Shown here: piece by piece, positions 10,101 to 18,677 of the stretch
Layout: each line of letters starts with the position of its first letter
How positions within the stretch are numbered: the first letter of the stretch is position 1
Assembly: GCA_000092065.1 (NCBI GenBank)
Contig: CP000593.1
Length of the DNA stretch: 64,000 nt
Strand: one strand, 5' to 3'
From: Ostreococcus lucimarinus
Lineage: Eukaryota
Program-made: the position numbers and the translations under genes
The notes under the pieces: generated by a model
The model's input: only the letters and a program-made list of their open reading frames with translations
What the model was told of the DNA's origin: nothing
Database searches by the model: none

Positions 10101-10289
10101 TTCGCCCTCGCTCGCGCCGCGCTCGCGCCCTCGTCCCGCGCGCGTCTCTCCTCGCGTCTCATCCCGCGCGCGCGCGCCGTCGTCCCTGTCCGGCACGATC
10201 GCGCGTCGCGCGACCATCGTCCGCGTCCCGCGCGCGCGCGCGGCGCCCGTCGCGCGCGGCGGCGCGCCGCACGCGCGTCGAATCGCCAT
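7194..10289 (-). CDS. Pentatricopeptide repeat (PPR) protein, roughly 1030 aa, with an Arg-rich organellar presequence-like N-terminus.
   Basis: Many tandem 35-aa PPR-like units (e.g. VVYNAYIDVCAHGGDYDGARATLERMKT, NIRSYNGVISAATRKKHFPGAMWAWEEI, ITYNSLIYACADDDVKAMGLYHDMVSNGINPTVRTYVALIVALSR). The track ORF extends to 11171, but that extension is Arg-rich antisense of the PKG gene. The first plausible ATG is at 10289 (MAIRRACG...). Confidence 0.75.
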   Translation of the reverse strand: MAIRRACGAPPRATGAARARGTRTMVARRAIVPDRDDGARARDETRGETRAGRGRERGASEGERERERARREYRAYRARRTDVGMDARAGEGTSTSYGTDGADADAEAAARRGHAEALRAGDVDGAVKALATLARRGEGDARMTRAVVSKAMAKSLAKSHKGFMKLCVKTYRMDAALRYARLFDARDRDFARGKDLYCTVIYLCGREEGSNQWNIAREAFELRRDEAGLEPDPYAYSALVCAAGRCGKARTAREVFEEANAVNAVDTVVYNAYIDVCAHGGDYDGARATLERMKTTPNCAPNIRSYNGVISAATRKKHFPGAMWAWEEIETANLQPTMITYGAMLAAGAAADDVDVRWSEDLFAQALESGACGNAGNDHMVTSMLQTYARGVALEQIERDVAMERGESVVQALIEDAQWDERRAESTPNGRVWSALITLCARCGRAARAIEVLKIMISTRSHRVGHEWLHLTYALTSALEASKEGIEYFARVQREIEQSPAMVRDCTGVRNGLIATHLHFGDFKSAFKVYDDFKNDIFKYRKAHEENWNARARRGLERQLPDTITYNSLIYACADDDVKAMGLYHDMVSNGINPTVRTYVALIVALSRSKRGSKVTEAEKIFKAAIDDGVTPNEFLFTALMDAQVKGNRPLSAFETYARMIEADVNCTTVTFGCALQACCYVEDVEESVERAYSVLRDMTERDVQMNDWCSNTFLRVISRAGRIEEMLEEVKKTVRRKGKLEQETLEAIIRALCSAGYVERANRFISMMNSRNLEPREQTFKEFIVASSRDGFVDWAWESYKRFTRLGHKLDAGTRSALVTVLSVASTSPDPDDAELLLARAIGVFEAAFKRADEDNGPQVLDVIDAEARCALIVAMARSEKLDRALDIWRDSPKAQSFSKARKHTSSEGNDYIGDVRAMYECLIEVCCHEDRIDDALEVFDHLKDAGVRVSTVTLAFLESSCRRCRVEEWRMFDVCAQMRAQVEQKNEGRLAKPTKMSHHVRDDGNIASELATDGLGGEQKTSAWRKNVD

Positions 10290-10496
10290 CGCACCGCCGC
10301 CGCCGAATCCCAACCCGAATTCGCGTCGCTTCCGAGCGTCGCTCGACGCTCGCGGCGGACGCGCGTCGACGCGCGACGCGCGCGCGTCGCGCGCGCGTCG
10401 CTCCGACGCGCGGCGCGCTCGCGGCGCGACTCGGCGCGCGTCGGCGCGGCGATGTGACGCCGCGCGTCCGTCGGCACTTCCCGCGGCGCGCGCGCG

Positions 10497-12992
10497 ATGG
10501 CGGACGAGGTCGACACCGCGCGCATGCGATCGCGCCGCGCGACGGACTCGTCGTCGGACGCGCGCGCGCGCGGACGCGCGCGACCGACGGCGCGCGCGCG
10601 CGCGCGCGTCGGATGCTGCTTCGGCGCGCGGGACGCGGCGTCGGACGACGAGGACGCGCGACGCGACGCGAGCGATGGGTCGACGAGCGCGAGCGACGCC
10701 GACGCGGGTCGGACGTCGGACGGGACGCGCGCGCGCGCGACGTCGACGGCGTCGGCGTCGACGTCGGCGTCGGCGTCGGCGGGCGAGGCGAAGGCGAGGC
10801 GGCAGAGCGTCGACTACGCGCTGCGCGCGAGTCAGGGATCGCTCGCGTCGGGGGAAGAGGCGACGGCGAACGCGAACGGAGGAGACGATGAGTTCGTCGG
10901 CGACGCGGGATCGGCGGAGCTGACGTATTTCGTGAAGCTGAACGCGAAGATGCTGGCGAAGCGACGGAGAGCGACGAAGAGCGAATTGGAACCGCTGTGC
11001 GAGGCGCTGTCGCAGACGTTTACGTTTTCTGAGCTCGATGCGAACGTCAGGCGACGCGTGGCGAGCGAAATGTTCTTCATCAACGTGCCGGAGGGGACGA
11101 TTTTGATGGAGGAGGACGAACCGGGCGACGCGTTGTATCTCATCGCCGGAGGCGAATTCGACGTGCTGCAAAATCGGCTCGGCGCCGATATCAGCGTCCT
11201 CACGCGCACGAAAGGCGATATCATCGGCGAGTTAGCTTTACTTTATAGCGTGCCGCGCTCGGCGACGGTGCGGGCGAAGACGCGGTCGCAGGTTTGGGTG
11301 TGCACGCAACAAGTCTTCAAGAGGGAGGTCAAGCACAGCGTCGAGGCGACGACGCTCGCGAAGAATTTATTCCTCGAACAAGTTCCCGTGCTCAGCGCTT
11401 TACCGATCGACACGCGGAAGTCGTTCGCGGATGCCTTGGAGACGGTCTCGTTCGACCCGTACACGGACGTTATTACCGAAGGCGAAGCGTGCGACGGTAA
11501 ATTTTACCTCGTCAATTCGGGGCGAGCGCAAGTTTCCAAGCTCGACCCGGACACGGGTGAACCGCGCACGGTGAATCACTTGTTTCGACACGACTTTTTT
11601 GGTGCTTCCGAGATCATTCGCGGTGATGAACCGCGAGAGTACACCGTGCGATGCGTGGAAACTCCTCTGGTGTGTTACGTCGTCAATCGAGACGTGTTCC
11701 TCGAGAAGCTGTCATCCGTGCGCGAAGATTTACTTCGAGAAAAGTCTCGAGAAGTCATTCGTAATCGCATGCGGCAGCTCAAGGGTGAAAAGTCGTGGCG
11801 CTCCGCCCGAATTCGCCTGTTAGGTAGCGCGCGCGTGGGAGGAAAGAAGGTGAACATTAGCATGTACGGCTCAGTAAACCCGAGGTCGTTCGCCACGGAC
11901 GTCAATCGGGAGTTGGGGTCGATCGATTTAGTGGAGAAGGAAATGCTCGGTGGAGGCACTGGTGGGCACGTGTATCGCGTTATTCAAGAAGGTATGAATG
12001 TGTCGTCACCGCGCGCCTTCGCGCTCAAGCGCGTGCGTAAGCGTGCCGTGATGGAGAGTCCGTCGCACATTTTCTGCGAAAAGGAAGTCACGAGCGAAAT
12101 CAGCCACTTTTCGTTGATGTGTCAGCACGCCAGTTTCCAAGACAGGAATCATCTGTACATGCTTTTCGACATCATGGATGGGTGTGACTTGATGGACATG
12201 CTTGCGAGCGCGGTGCAAGTGAAGTTAATTCCGACACAAATCGATGGTGAGATTCGCCACGTGCCCACGCAGATTGGCATCAGCGAAGACACGGCGCGAT
12301 ACTACACCGCCATGGTTATTCTCGCGTTCGAGTATCTGCACGGCAACCAAATCATCTATCGCGACTTGAAGCCAGAGAATGTATTGCTTGCGCTCAACGG
12401 CAAATGTAAGCTCGGAGATTTTGGCTACGCGAAGAAACTTGACGTCGGCGAACGCGCGTTTACGTTTTGCGGCACCCCTGGGTACGTGGCGCCAGAAATT
12501 GTGCTGTCCACGGGATACGGCTACGCCGTCGATTGGTGGGCGCTGGGTGTTTTGACGTACGTCACAATAACGGGACAACAGCCGTTCACGATATCAAAGG
12601 ATCCGTCCCAAAAAGACGATCCATTGAAAGTGATGCGGCGAATCGTGGACATGTCGTACGAGGTGCAATACCCCACGTACGCCACCGACGAGGCGTGCAA
12701 TTTTATTTCTCAGCTCTTGCAGCGAAACTCGGCGAAAAGGCTCGGAAACATGCAAGGCGGGGTCAGTCAGATTAAGAGACACCCTTGGTTCGCCAAGTTT
12801 GACTGGGCGCTGCTAGAGAGTGGCGAGTACACGCCCAAGCCGCTGACGCTTTCGCGGCAGTTTTTAGAAATTCAGCGCGAACGTCTTATCGAGATCGAAC
12901 GGGAATCGTTGCTCGCAACTGAAATGGATTCGGCGAGAGGACCGACGGATGCGTCTATGAATCGTGCGAACGAGATTTTCAAGGATTTTTAA
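10497..12992 (+). CDS. PKG: cGMP-dependent protein kinase (PKG-like): two cyclic-nucleotide-binding domains plus an AGC Ser/Thr kinase domain.
   Basis: 831 aa. cNMP signatures FGELALLYSVPRSATVRAKT and FGASEIIRGDEPREYTVRC. Kinase motifs: AFALKRVRK (VAIK-like), IYRDLKPENVLL (YRD instead of HRD), LGDFGYAK, GTPGYVAPE, and an AGC C-terminal tail. The N-terminal ~130 aa is Ala/Ser/Arg low complexity, so the true start is uncertain. Confidence 0.85.
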   Translation: MADEVDTARMRSRRATDSSSDARARGRARPTARARARVGCCFGARDAASDDEDARRDASDGSTSASDADAGRTSDGTRARATSTASASTSASASAGEAKARRQSVDYALRASQGSLASGEEATANANGGDDEFVGDAGSAELTYFVKLNAKMLAKRRRATKSELEPLCEALSQTFTFSELDANVRRRVASEMFFINVPEGTILMEEDEPGDALYLIAGGEFDVLQNRLGADISVLTRTKGDIIGELALLYSVPRSATVRAKTRSQVWVCTQQVFKREVKHSVEATTLAKNLFLEQVPVLSALPIDTRKSFADALETVSFDPYTDVITEGEACDGKFYLVNSGRAQVSKLDPDTGEPRTVNHLFRHDFFGASEIIRGDEPREYTVRCVETPLVCYVVNRDVFLEKLSSVREDLLREKSREVIRNRMRQLKGEKSWRSARIRLLGSARVGGKKVNISMYGSVNPRSFATDVNRELGSIDLVEKEMLGGGTGGHVYRVIQEGMNVSSPRAFALKRVRKRAVMESPSHIFCEKEVTSEISHFSLMCQHASFQDRNHLYMLFDIMDGCDLMDMLASAVQVKLIPTQIDGEIRHVPTQIGISEDTARYYTAMVILAFEYLHGNQIIYRDLKPENVLLALNGKCKLGDFGYAKKLDVGERAFTFCGTPGYVAPEIVLSTGYGYAVDWWALGVLTYVTITGQQPFTISKDPSQKDDPLKVMRRIVDMSYEVQYPTYATDEACNFISQLLQRNSAKRLGNMQGGVSQIKRHPWFAKFDWALLESGEYTPKPLTLSRQFLEIQRERLIEIERESLLATEMDSARGPTDASMNRANEIFKDF

Positions 12993-13024
12993 GAGCCATG
13001 ACAGAAAGTGCTCACATCACAGCG

Positions 13025-13029
13025 TTACA
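13025..13029 (-). promoter_or_regulatory. Candidate poly(A) signal TGTAA (minus strand), about 50 nt downstream of the SNF2 helicase stop.
   Basis: Plus-strand TTACA at 13025-13029. Confidence 0.3.
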
Positions 13030-13077
13030 GCGTTTTAGCTACATAGGTCAAATTTGTCATTATACCATACATCATCG

Positions 13078-16000
13078 TCATCGCTTGAACAAAAATTGCA
13101 AGTCTTCGGCAGTCAGTTGAGAAAGCGCGGCTTGATTGCCGTCCATACACCCTTCGAACACAAGCTGCTTCTTTTCTTGAAGCTCCATCATGCGTTCTTC
13201 AATCGTGCCTTTGGTCGAAAATCGAACAGCGGTCACCGGTCGAAGCTGCCCGATGCGATGTGCGCGCATCACGGCTTGCATTTCCACCGCTGGGTTCCAC
13301 CATGGCTCAAGAACGTATACGTAATTCGCCGCTTGCAAGTTGAGTCCTTCACCGCCAGATTTGAGACTCATCAAGATCACGCTGACGTTTGGATCTTCTC
13401 GGAAAGCTTGCAAATTCGCCGCGCGTTGCGTGACCGGCATGGAACCGAGAAGCTTGGCGATGGTAAACTTGGCCTTTTTCAAACGCCATTCGACGATTTC
13501 TATCATGGCTGTGTACTGCGAAAACACGATGGCTTTGTTTAAGTGCCCATTTTCTTGATTACGCATGTCTCGCAGAGCGTTAACGAGCGTCTCAACCTTT
13601 GTGCTCGACGTGTACTGCGTGAGATCGAGCTTGTTGAGAATTGACTTGTCTGGTAGCGCATCCTTGAAATTACGACTAATGGCACTCTTGACGTTTTCGA
13701 GACTTTCTGGAGAGAAGTCAATCGTCAACGCCGTGCGACAGACGGGACAAGTCACTTTTTTGCCATCCGCAGGCGCACAAGACGCGTATTGCATGATGCA
13801 CTCACGATGGAAAATGTGTTTGCAATTCGCCAGAGCCGCGTCTTCTTCCTCAATTTCGTCCTGACACATGCCACAATAATGCTTCGGAACGTCGGTGTCT
13901 GCCGGGGATTCAACTTTCGGCGCGTCAGGGGCGTCTTTTTTCACGTTCGCACTCTTCGAATGAATCACCAAGTACGGATGATCGCACGCTTGTCGCAGTC
14001 GTGCGAGGAGCTCGAAGACGTGTGCGTAGTTGTGCAAAACGCTCCCTTTCTTCACGAACGCGTCGAACTTCGAGCGCGTCAGCATGTACAGAGACTCGTA
14101 AAAGTCTTGTTCAACCTCATTGAATGTGTTTTCTTGAATGATAATCTTCAAGTCCGGCAGTCGCACGTCCTCGGCGCGTTCCGCCTTGGTCCGGCGAAGT
14201 TGCATCGGCAACAAAATGTCATTTCTAAGAGTCAGCATCGCTTTCTTGCCGTCACCGATGTAGCCATAACGGTTGATCGGGTTTAGCACGGTGCGATTGA
14301 AATGCGAATAATGCCTAGGAGCGCCGCATCCGCAGTTGGTACAAAATCGCGCCTGAGGACCGAAGTTCCAGGTGAGCGTTTTGCACTCGCAACCCTTCGT
14401 CGAACAAAAGTAAAACGCGTACGGATCCATACGCAAAAATCTCACCAAGCTGTAAAGATCGCCGATTCGATTCTGCAACGGTGTACCTGTCAAACACCAC
14501 TTATACGTGGATTTCAAAGCGTAGATACACTTGGCGGTGTTGCTCGTGCGCGCCTTGATCTTGTGCGCTTCGTCGAGAACGATTCGGTGCCACTGCGTGC
14601 GATGAAGAAGGGAATCCGACAAATCTACGTCGTCTTCGTCTTCAAACTGGCTCCCACCTTGCGAACCACCTTGCGAGGTTTGCGGAATGTCGTCGATGTT
14701 GGACGCCTTCACGTCGTCCGCTTCCTCGGTTTTCGCCGGCGTTTTCTTTTTCTTCTGTTTCTTCTTTGGCTTTCTATCTTCGCTCTCGCTATCGTCGACT
14801 AATATGATCTCATCATCTTCGCTATCACTGTCCGGTTTGTAATCACTTTCAGCCTCGCCGTCGCTAGCTTCGCGCAGACTCTTCTTCTTTTTCTTTGCGC
14901 TCGAAGTCGAAGTCGCTTTACCCGAAGCCTTCGACTTGCGCTTCTGCGCCTTCTTCACCGTACTCGCTATCGCCGCCGTTGACGCGTCAGCCAAGGCGGG
15001 CTCGTTCACTGACTCGACCTCTTTTTCTTTCTCCTCAATCGACTCCTCTTTGATATTCTCAACTACAATCGTCGGCACTGGAAGCTGCGAAATCAAAGCT
15101 TTCAGAACTTCGCTCGGCTCGGCGACGCCGTCTTCAACTTCCTCCTTGACGACGACGACGTCGCCGCCCGGGGCGAGACCTGAAGCCGCGCGTGCGCGCG
15201 CCTTGTGCGCGCCATCATACATGCTCAGCGTCTCCCGTCCGGCCATCGCCATGAGTTCCTTGTATACGTTCGCCATCGTGGGAATCCCCTTCTTCACGTC
15301 CTTGGCGCTGCCCGGCTTGATTTTCAGCGTGCGCATGGCTTTTTCGTTCGCCACGTCGCGCGTCACCTCGCGCCGCGCGAGTTTTTCCGTGCGCACGGCG
15401 TCTGGTCCACAGAAGTACTTCAAGTGCGTCACCATGGAGCGAGGTAAGTACTTTTTCCCACACCACTGACACGCCGTCAAGTGTCGGTTGATGATTTTCC
15501 GCCACTCGGCTTCGACGACGGGATACGTCGTCAACACGACGTCGTATCCTTTAAAGTCTCCTTCCACGACGTTTGCGCGATCAGCGTAATACACAAACAC
15601 GCGCAGCGACCCTTCCTCGACGCACGATTTGATCTCTTCTTCCCACTGAACGAGCGCCGACGTCGGCACCACCACGAGCGTCGGCGGCGGTCTGTCGTCG
15701 TCCGTCACCATCTCCCCCACCTCGGCGCGGTCTCGCATCCACGCCTCCTTCCTCGCCAGCAACATCGATATGCACTGTATCGTCTTCCCCATCCCCATCT
15801 CATCCGCCAATATCCCCCCCTTCGCATCGCCGCTCTCGTTATCGCACATCCACCGCAACCCCTCGCGCTGAAACCCCAACAACGGCCGCGTCAACGCCCG
15901 CGGCGCCTCCATCGGTTCCACCGCCGGCCGACGCAAAAACTCCTCGCTCGTCACGTCCAACGCCGTGTTCTCGATCTCCGGCCGATCCGGCGACAGCACC

Positions 16001-16414
16001 GTCGCCAGCAACACCTCCCGATCCCCATCCTTCAGCGCGTCCAACCCGTGCACGCGCGTCTCCAGCTCCTCCCTCGTGACTCCCTCCGCGCGATAACACT
16101 CCGGATGCATCCACTTCGATATCCATCCGTAATCGCCGCCGCGATACTTGAGCGGTTCCCCGATTCGCACCGCGTCCTTCGCGATCTTCGTCGCCGATCC
16201 GAACCCCTCGTCGTCAGTCTTTTTTCTCTTCTCTTCGCGTCGATTCGTCGATTCGCCGCACCTTTTCCCCGCACTTCCCGCACTTCCCGCGTCCGCTCTT
16301 CGCGTACTCGCACGCGTGCGTGTACGCCGCGAAAGCCTCCTCGTCGTCGTCGAATATCGGGCGCCAGGTGACGCCCTTACCGTCCCACGACGGGACGATC
16401 GTGAGTTCGACCAT
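13078..16414 (-). CDS. SNF2-family DNA helicase with embedded C3HC4 RING finger (Rad16/Rad5/HLTF-type) and an N-terminal PARP-type zinc finger. Two exons: 16414..16262 and 16185..13078.
   Basis: SNF2_N motifs (LADEMGMGKTIQ, DEAH-like LDEAHKIK), helicase-C motifs (GGEGLNLQAANYVYVLEPWWNP) and a RING (CGMCQDEIEEEDAALANCKHIFHRECIMQYASCAPADGKKVTCPVCR). The upstream track ORF 16214..16597 ends ...EYAKSGRGKCGKCGEK, and the main ORF begins (at GTG) IGEPLKYRGGDYGWISKWMHPEC. Joined across a GT..AG intron they give a complete zf-PARP consensus: CGKCGEK|IAKDAVRIGEPLKYRGGDYGWISKWMHPEC. The ATG at 16414 gives MVELTIVPSWDGKGVTW... Confidence 0.85.
16186..16261 (-). other. Spliceosomal intron (76 nt) in the SNF2-RING helicase gene; phase-0 junction between codons K and I.
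   Basis: Minus sense AAG|GTGCGGCGAATCGACG...AAAAAGACTGACGACGAGGGGTTCGGATCGGCGACGAAG|ATC. GT at 16261-16260 and AG at 16187-16186, with a CTGAC branch-point-like motif about 30 nt from the 3' splice site. 76 nt accounts for the +1 frame change between the two track ORFs and restores the zf-PARP domain. Confidence 0.75.
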
Positions 16415-16606
16415 GCGCGCGCGCGACGCCGCTCGCGGGCGCGCGAGAGGCGCGCGCGCGCGTCGAGACGCGTCGAGACGCGTCGAAAAGTGACGTCGGG
16501 GCGTTCGCGCGACGAATGACGATGACGGCGAAAAGAAAGATTCTGATTCGAACGACAAAGAGCGCGCGGTTTCGAACGCGCGCGAGAATCGACGCACGGC
16601 GAGCTT

Positions 16607-17407
16607 TTAAGACGCGTTCGATCGACGCGACGCCGAGGGATCGGCGAACGCGCCCGGCACGGCCGCCATCGCGTCGCGCGCGCGCGCGTCGTCGAAGCCG
16701 AAACACGCGAGCACGCGAAGCGCGAACTCGAGCAGCGCCGCGTCGCACGCGTCGAACGCGGCGTCGCGCTCGCGCTCGCCCGCGGCCGAAGACGCGAGGA
16801 CGCGCTCGAGCGCCTCGAACGAGGCGCGACACGCGTCGAGGGTTCGAAAGACGTCGACGGATTCGCGAGACGCGGCGTCGCGTCTCGCCGCCGGTCCCGA
16901 AGTCGCGGATCGAGCCAGAATGGCCAGCGTGCACACCTCTCGCGCGTTCGAGTACATCTCCAGCGAATCTCGCGGATTCGTGCAATCCAGCGTCGCGCTC
17001 GTCAATCGCTCGCGAAGCGCGGCGTCGTCGAGCGTCGCGGCGTCGTCGTCGAGTTCGCGCCGCAGCGCCGCGAGTCGCCCGCGCGCGAGCGCGATCGGGC
17101 CCAACAAAAACCGCGCGTTCGCCGCCTTGCGCGCGTCCGCGACCGCCTCGAGCGGGTTCGCGCGCGCCGCGAGCGCCGGCGCGAGCGCCGGCGCGAGCGC
17201 GAGCGCGCGCAGCGCGTCGCGTCGCGTCGTCGATGTCGTCGTCGTCGTCCGGTCGGCGCGCGCGACGACGCCGCGACGCCGCGAGCGACGCGCCGGCGCG
17301 CCGCGGTCGACGCGCGCGCGCGCGCGCGCCGTCGTCGCGCGCATGTCGCCCGCGATTCGTCGTCGAGTCGACGAATGACGCGCGCGCGCGCGCATTCTCG
17401 CATGCAT
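16607..17407 (-). CDS. Hypothetical alpha-helical protein, about 266 aa (start uncertain).
   Basis: Composition is protein-like (…LDCTNPRDSLEMYSNAREVCTLAILARSATSGP…FEALERVLASSAAGERERDAAFDACDAALLEFALRVLACFGFDD…). The overlapping plus-frame translation is pure Arg-rich junk. Confidence 0.4.
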   Translation of the reverse strand: MHARMRARARHSSTRRRIAGDMRATTARARARVDRGAPARRSRRRGVVARADRTTTTTSTTRRDALRALALAPALAPALAARANPLEAVADARKAANARFLLGPIALARGRLAALRRELDDDAATLDDAALRERLTSATLDCTNPRDSLEMYSNAREVCTLAILARSATSGPAARRDAASRESVDVFRTLDACRASFEALERVLASSAAGERERDAAFDACDAALLEFALRVLACFGFDDARARDAMAAVPGAFADPSASRRSNAS

Positions 17408-17457
17408 TCATTCGCGCGCGTTCGAACACTCCGCGACGCGCGTTCGAATCGCGCGCC

Positions 17458-18585
17458 ATGACCGCGTCGACGCCCGCGAGCGCGTCGTCGTCGAGCGTCG
17501 CGGACGACGTCGAGCGGCTGCGACGAATCGCGCGCGACGCCGCGGAGAAGACGCACGACGTCTCGCGACGGTTACGAATCGCCGAGTCGGCGCTCGACGA
17601 CCTGCGCGGCGCGCGCGCGAACGCGCGCGTCGCGACGGAGACGGCGATCGAGATCAACGTCGCGAGAGGCTCGAACGACGCGTCCGAAGCGATGAAGAGC
17701 GACGCGCGGCGGACGATGCGGGCGACGCGCGAGACGCGGGCGACGTTCGGCGACGCGGGCGCGGAGGGCGAGGCGACGGTGAGGTTCGCGAGCGCGCGGG
17801 CGGATTATCTGGCGAACGAGGACGAGTACGAGGCGCGAGTGGTGACGCTGGAGAAGGTGACGTTCGCGCGGACGGTGCGGGAGACGGCGAACGGGGTGAG
17901 GGTGCGGGCGCGGGCGACGCCGTTCGGCGCGGAGGGCGTGGACGCGTGCCCGGGAGGGGTCGGCGGCGCGAGACGGTCGCACAGACTCACGGGATTCGGC
18001 GCGCTCGGGTCGAACTTGATCGAAAGATGCGAACAGGACAGCATGGGGGCGGTGTCGGTGGAGTACAAGGATAGGTTCGCGGCGCACTTGGGGGTGTTCA
18101 CCGGGAACCGACAACCCGAGGACAACATGGGCAAGGTGCTCGCGCAGGCGAGCGCGAAGAGCTCGACGTCCACGCGCCACGTGAACTTCGCGGTGAACGC
18201 GTCGAGGTGTCAGAGCGGCGAAGCCATCCTGGGCGTCGCGCTGACGGTGGCGAAGACGCTGCCGAAGACGACGAGAGCCGTCGTCGGTAACGCCTGGGGG
18301 CAAGTCGCCGTCAGGCAACCGAACGCGCGCGAGGATTTAACCGAGTGGGGGATCGCCGCGAGCGTGCCTCCGACCAAAGGCGCGGGACTGGTGAAGAACG
18401 CGGGATGGGGGATCGTCGCCGGCAAGCCCGCCAATCGCGGCGGCGTGCAAGCCGAGGCGTTCTTGCGCATCGGTTCCGACGGCGAAGAACCCGGCTCGAC
18501 GTTGATTCCGGGCGTCGTAATCTCCACGGATGATCGCGGACATCGCCAGACGACGCTGGCGTGTCGCGCGCACTTGCTGTGGTGA
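17458..18585 (+). CDS. Hypothetical protein, about 375 aa. N-terminal coiled-coil-like region and a Gly/Ala-rich C-terminal half with an alternating hydrophobic pattern ending ...HLLW.
   Basis: The ATG at 17458 follows Arg-rich junk in the long track ORF 16516..18585. The C-terminal half (VEYKDRFAAHLGVFTGN…AILGVALTVAKTL…AVVGNAWGQVAVRQ…GWGIVAGKPANRGGVQAEAFLRIGSDG…LLW) has non-biased composition. No family recognised. Confidence 0.5.
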   Translation: MTASTPASASSSSVADDVERLRRIARDAAEKTHDVSRRLRIAESALDDLRGARANARVATETAIEINVARGSNDASEAMKSDARRTMRATRETRATFGDAGAEGEATVRFASARADYLANEDEYEARVVTLEKVTFARTVRETANGVRVRARATPFGAEGVDACPGGVGGARRSHRLTGFGALGSNLIERCEQDSMGAVSVEYKDRFAAHLGVFTGNRQPEDNMGKVLAQASAKSSTSTRHVNFAVNASRCQSGEAILGVALTVAKTLPKTTRAVVGNAWGQVAVRQPNAREDLTEWGIAASVPPTKGAGLVKNAGWGIVAGKPANRGGVQAEAFLRIGSDGEEPGSTLIPGVVISTDDRGHRQTTLACRAHLLW

Positions 18586-18677
18586 GTCGTCGTCGTTTAA
18601 TAAGGTTGTCGTTTTAATAATCCAATTTTGTTTCGTTTCTTTAATACAGTTTCGTTTCGTCGTTTCGTTTCTCGTCG

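Noticed and set aside
10290-11171. Upstream 294 codons of the PPR track ORF (7194..11171).
   Set aside because: Pure Arg-rich sequence, antisense to the PKG N-terminus and cNMP domain. The PPR repeats start well downstream, and the ATG at 10289 gives a sensible presequence.
13078-16170. Track start codons of the SNF2 ORF (16170) and CCT3 ORF (62999).
   Set aside because: Both are GTG, because the track evidently allows alternative starts. In each case the conserved protein continues upstream across an intron, so these are not translation starts.
18586-18677. AT-rich 92-bp spacer (ttaataaggttgtcgttttaataatcc…) considered as a tRNA, ncRNA or AATAAA poly(A) signal.
   Set aside because: No cloverleaf-compatible structure or conserved tRNA boxes evident. 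Most simply the juxtaposed 3' UTRs of two convergent genes. The AATAA-like strings are probably incidental in a genome that appears to use TGTAA.
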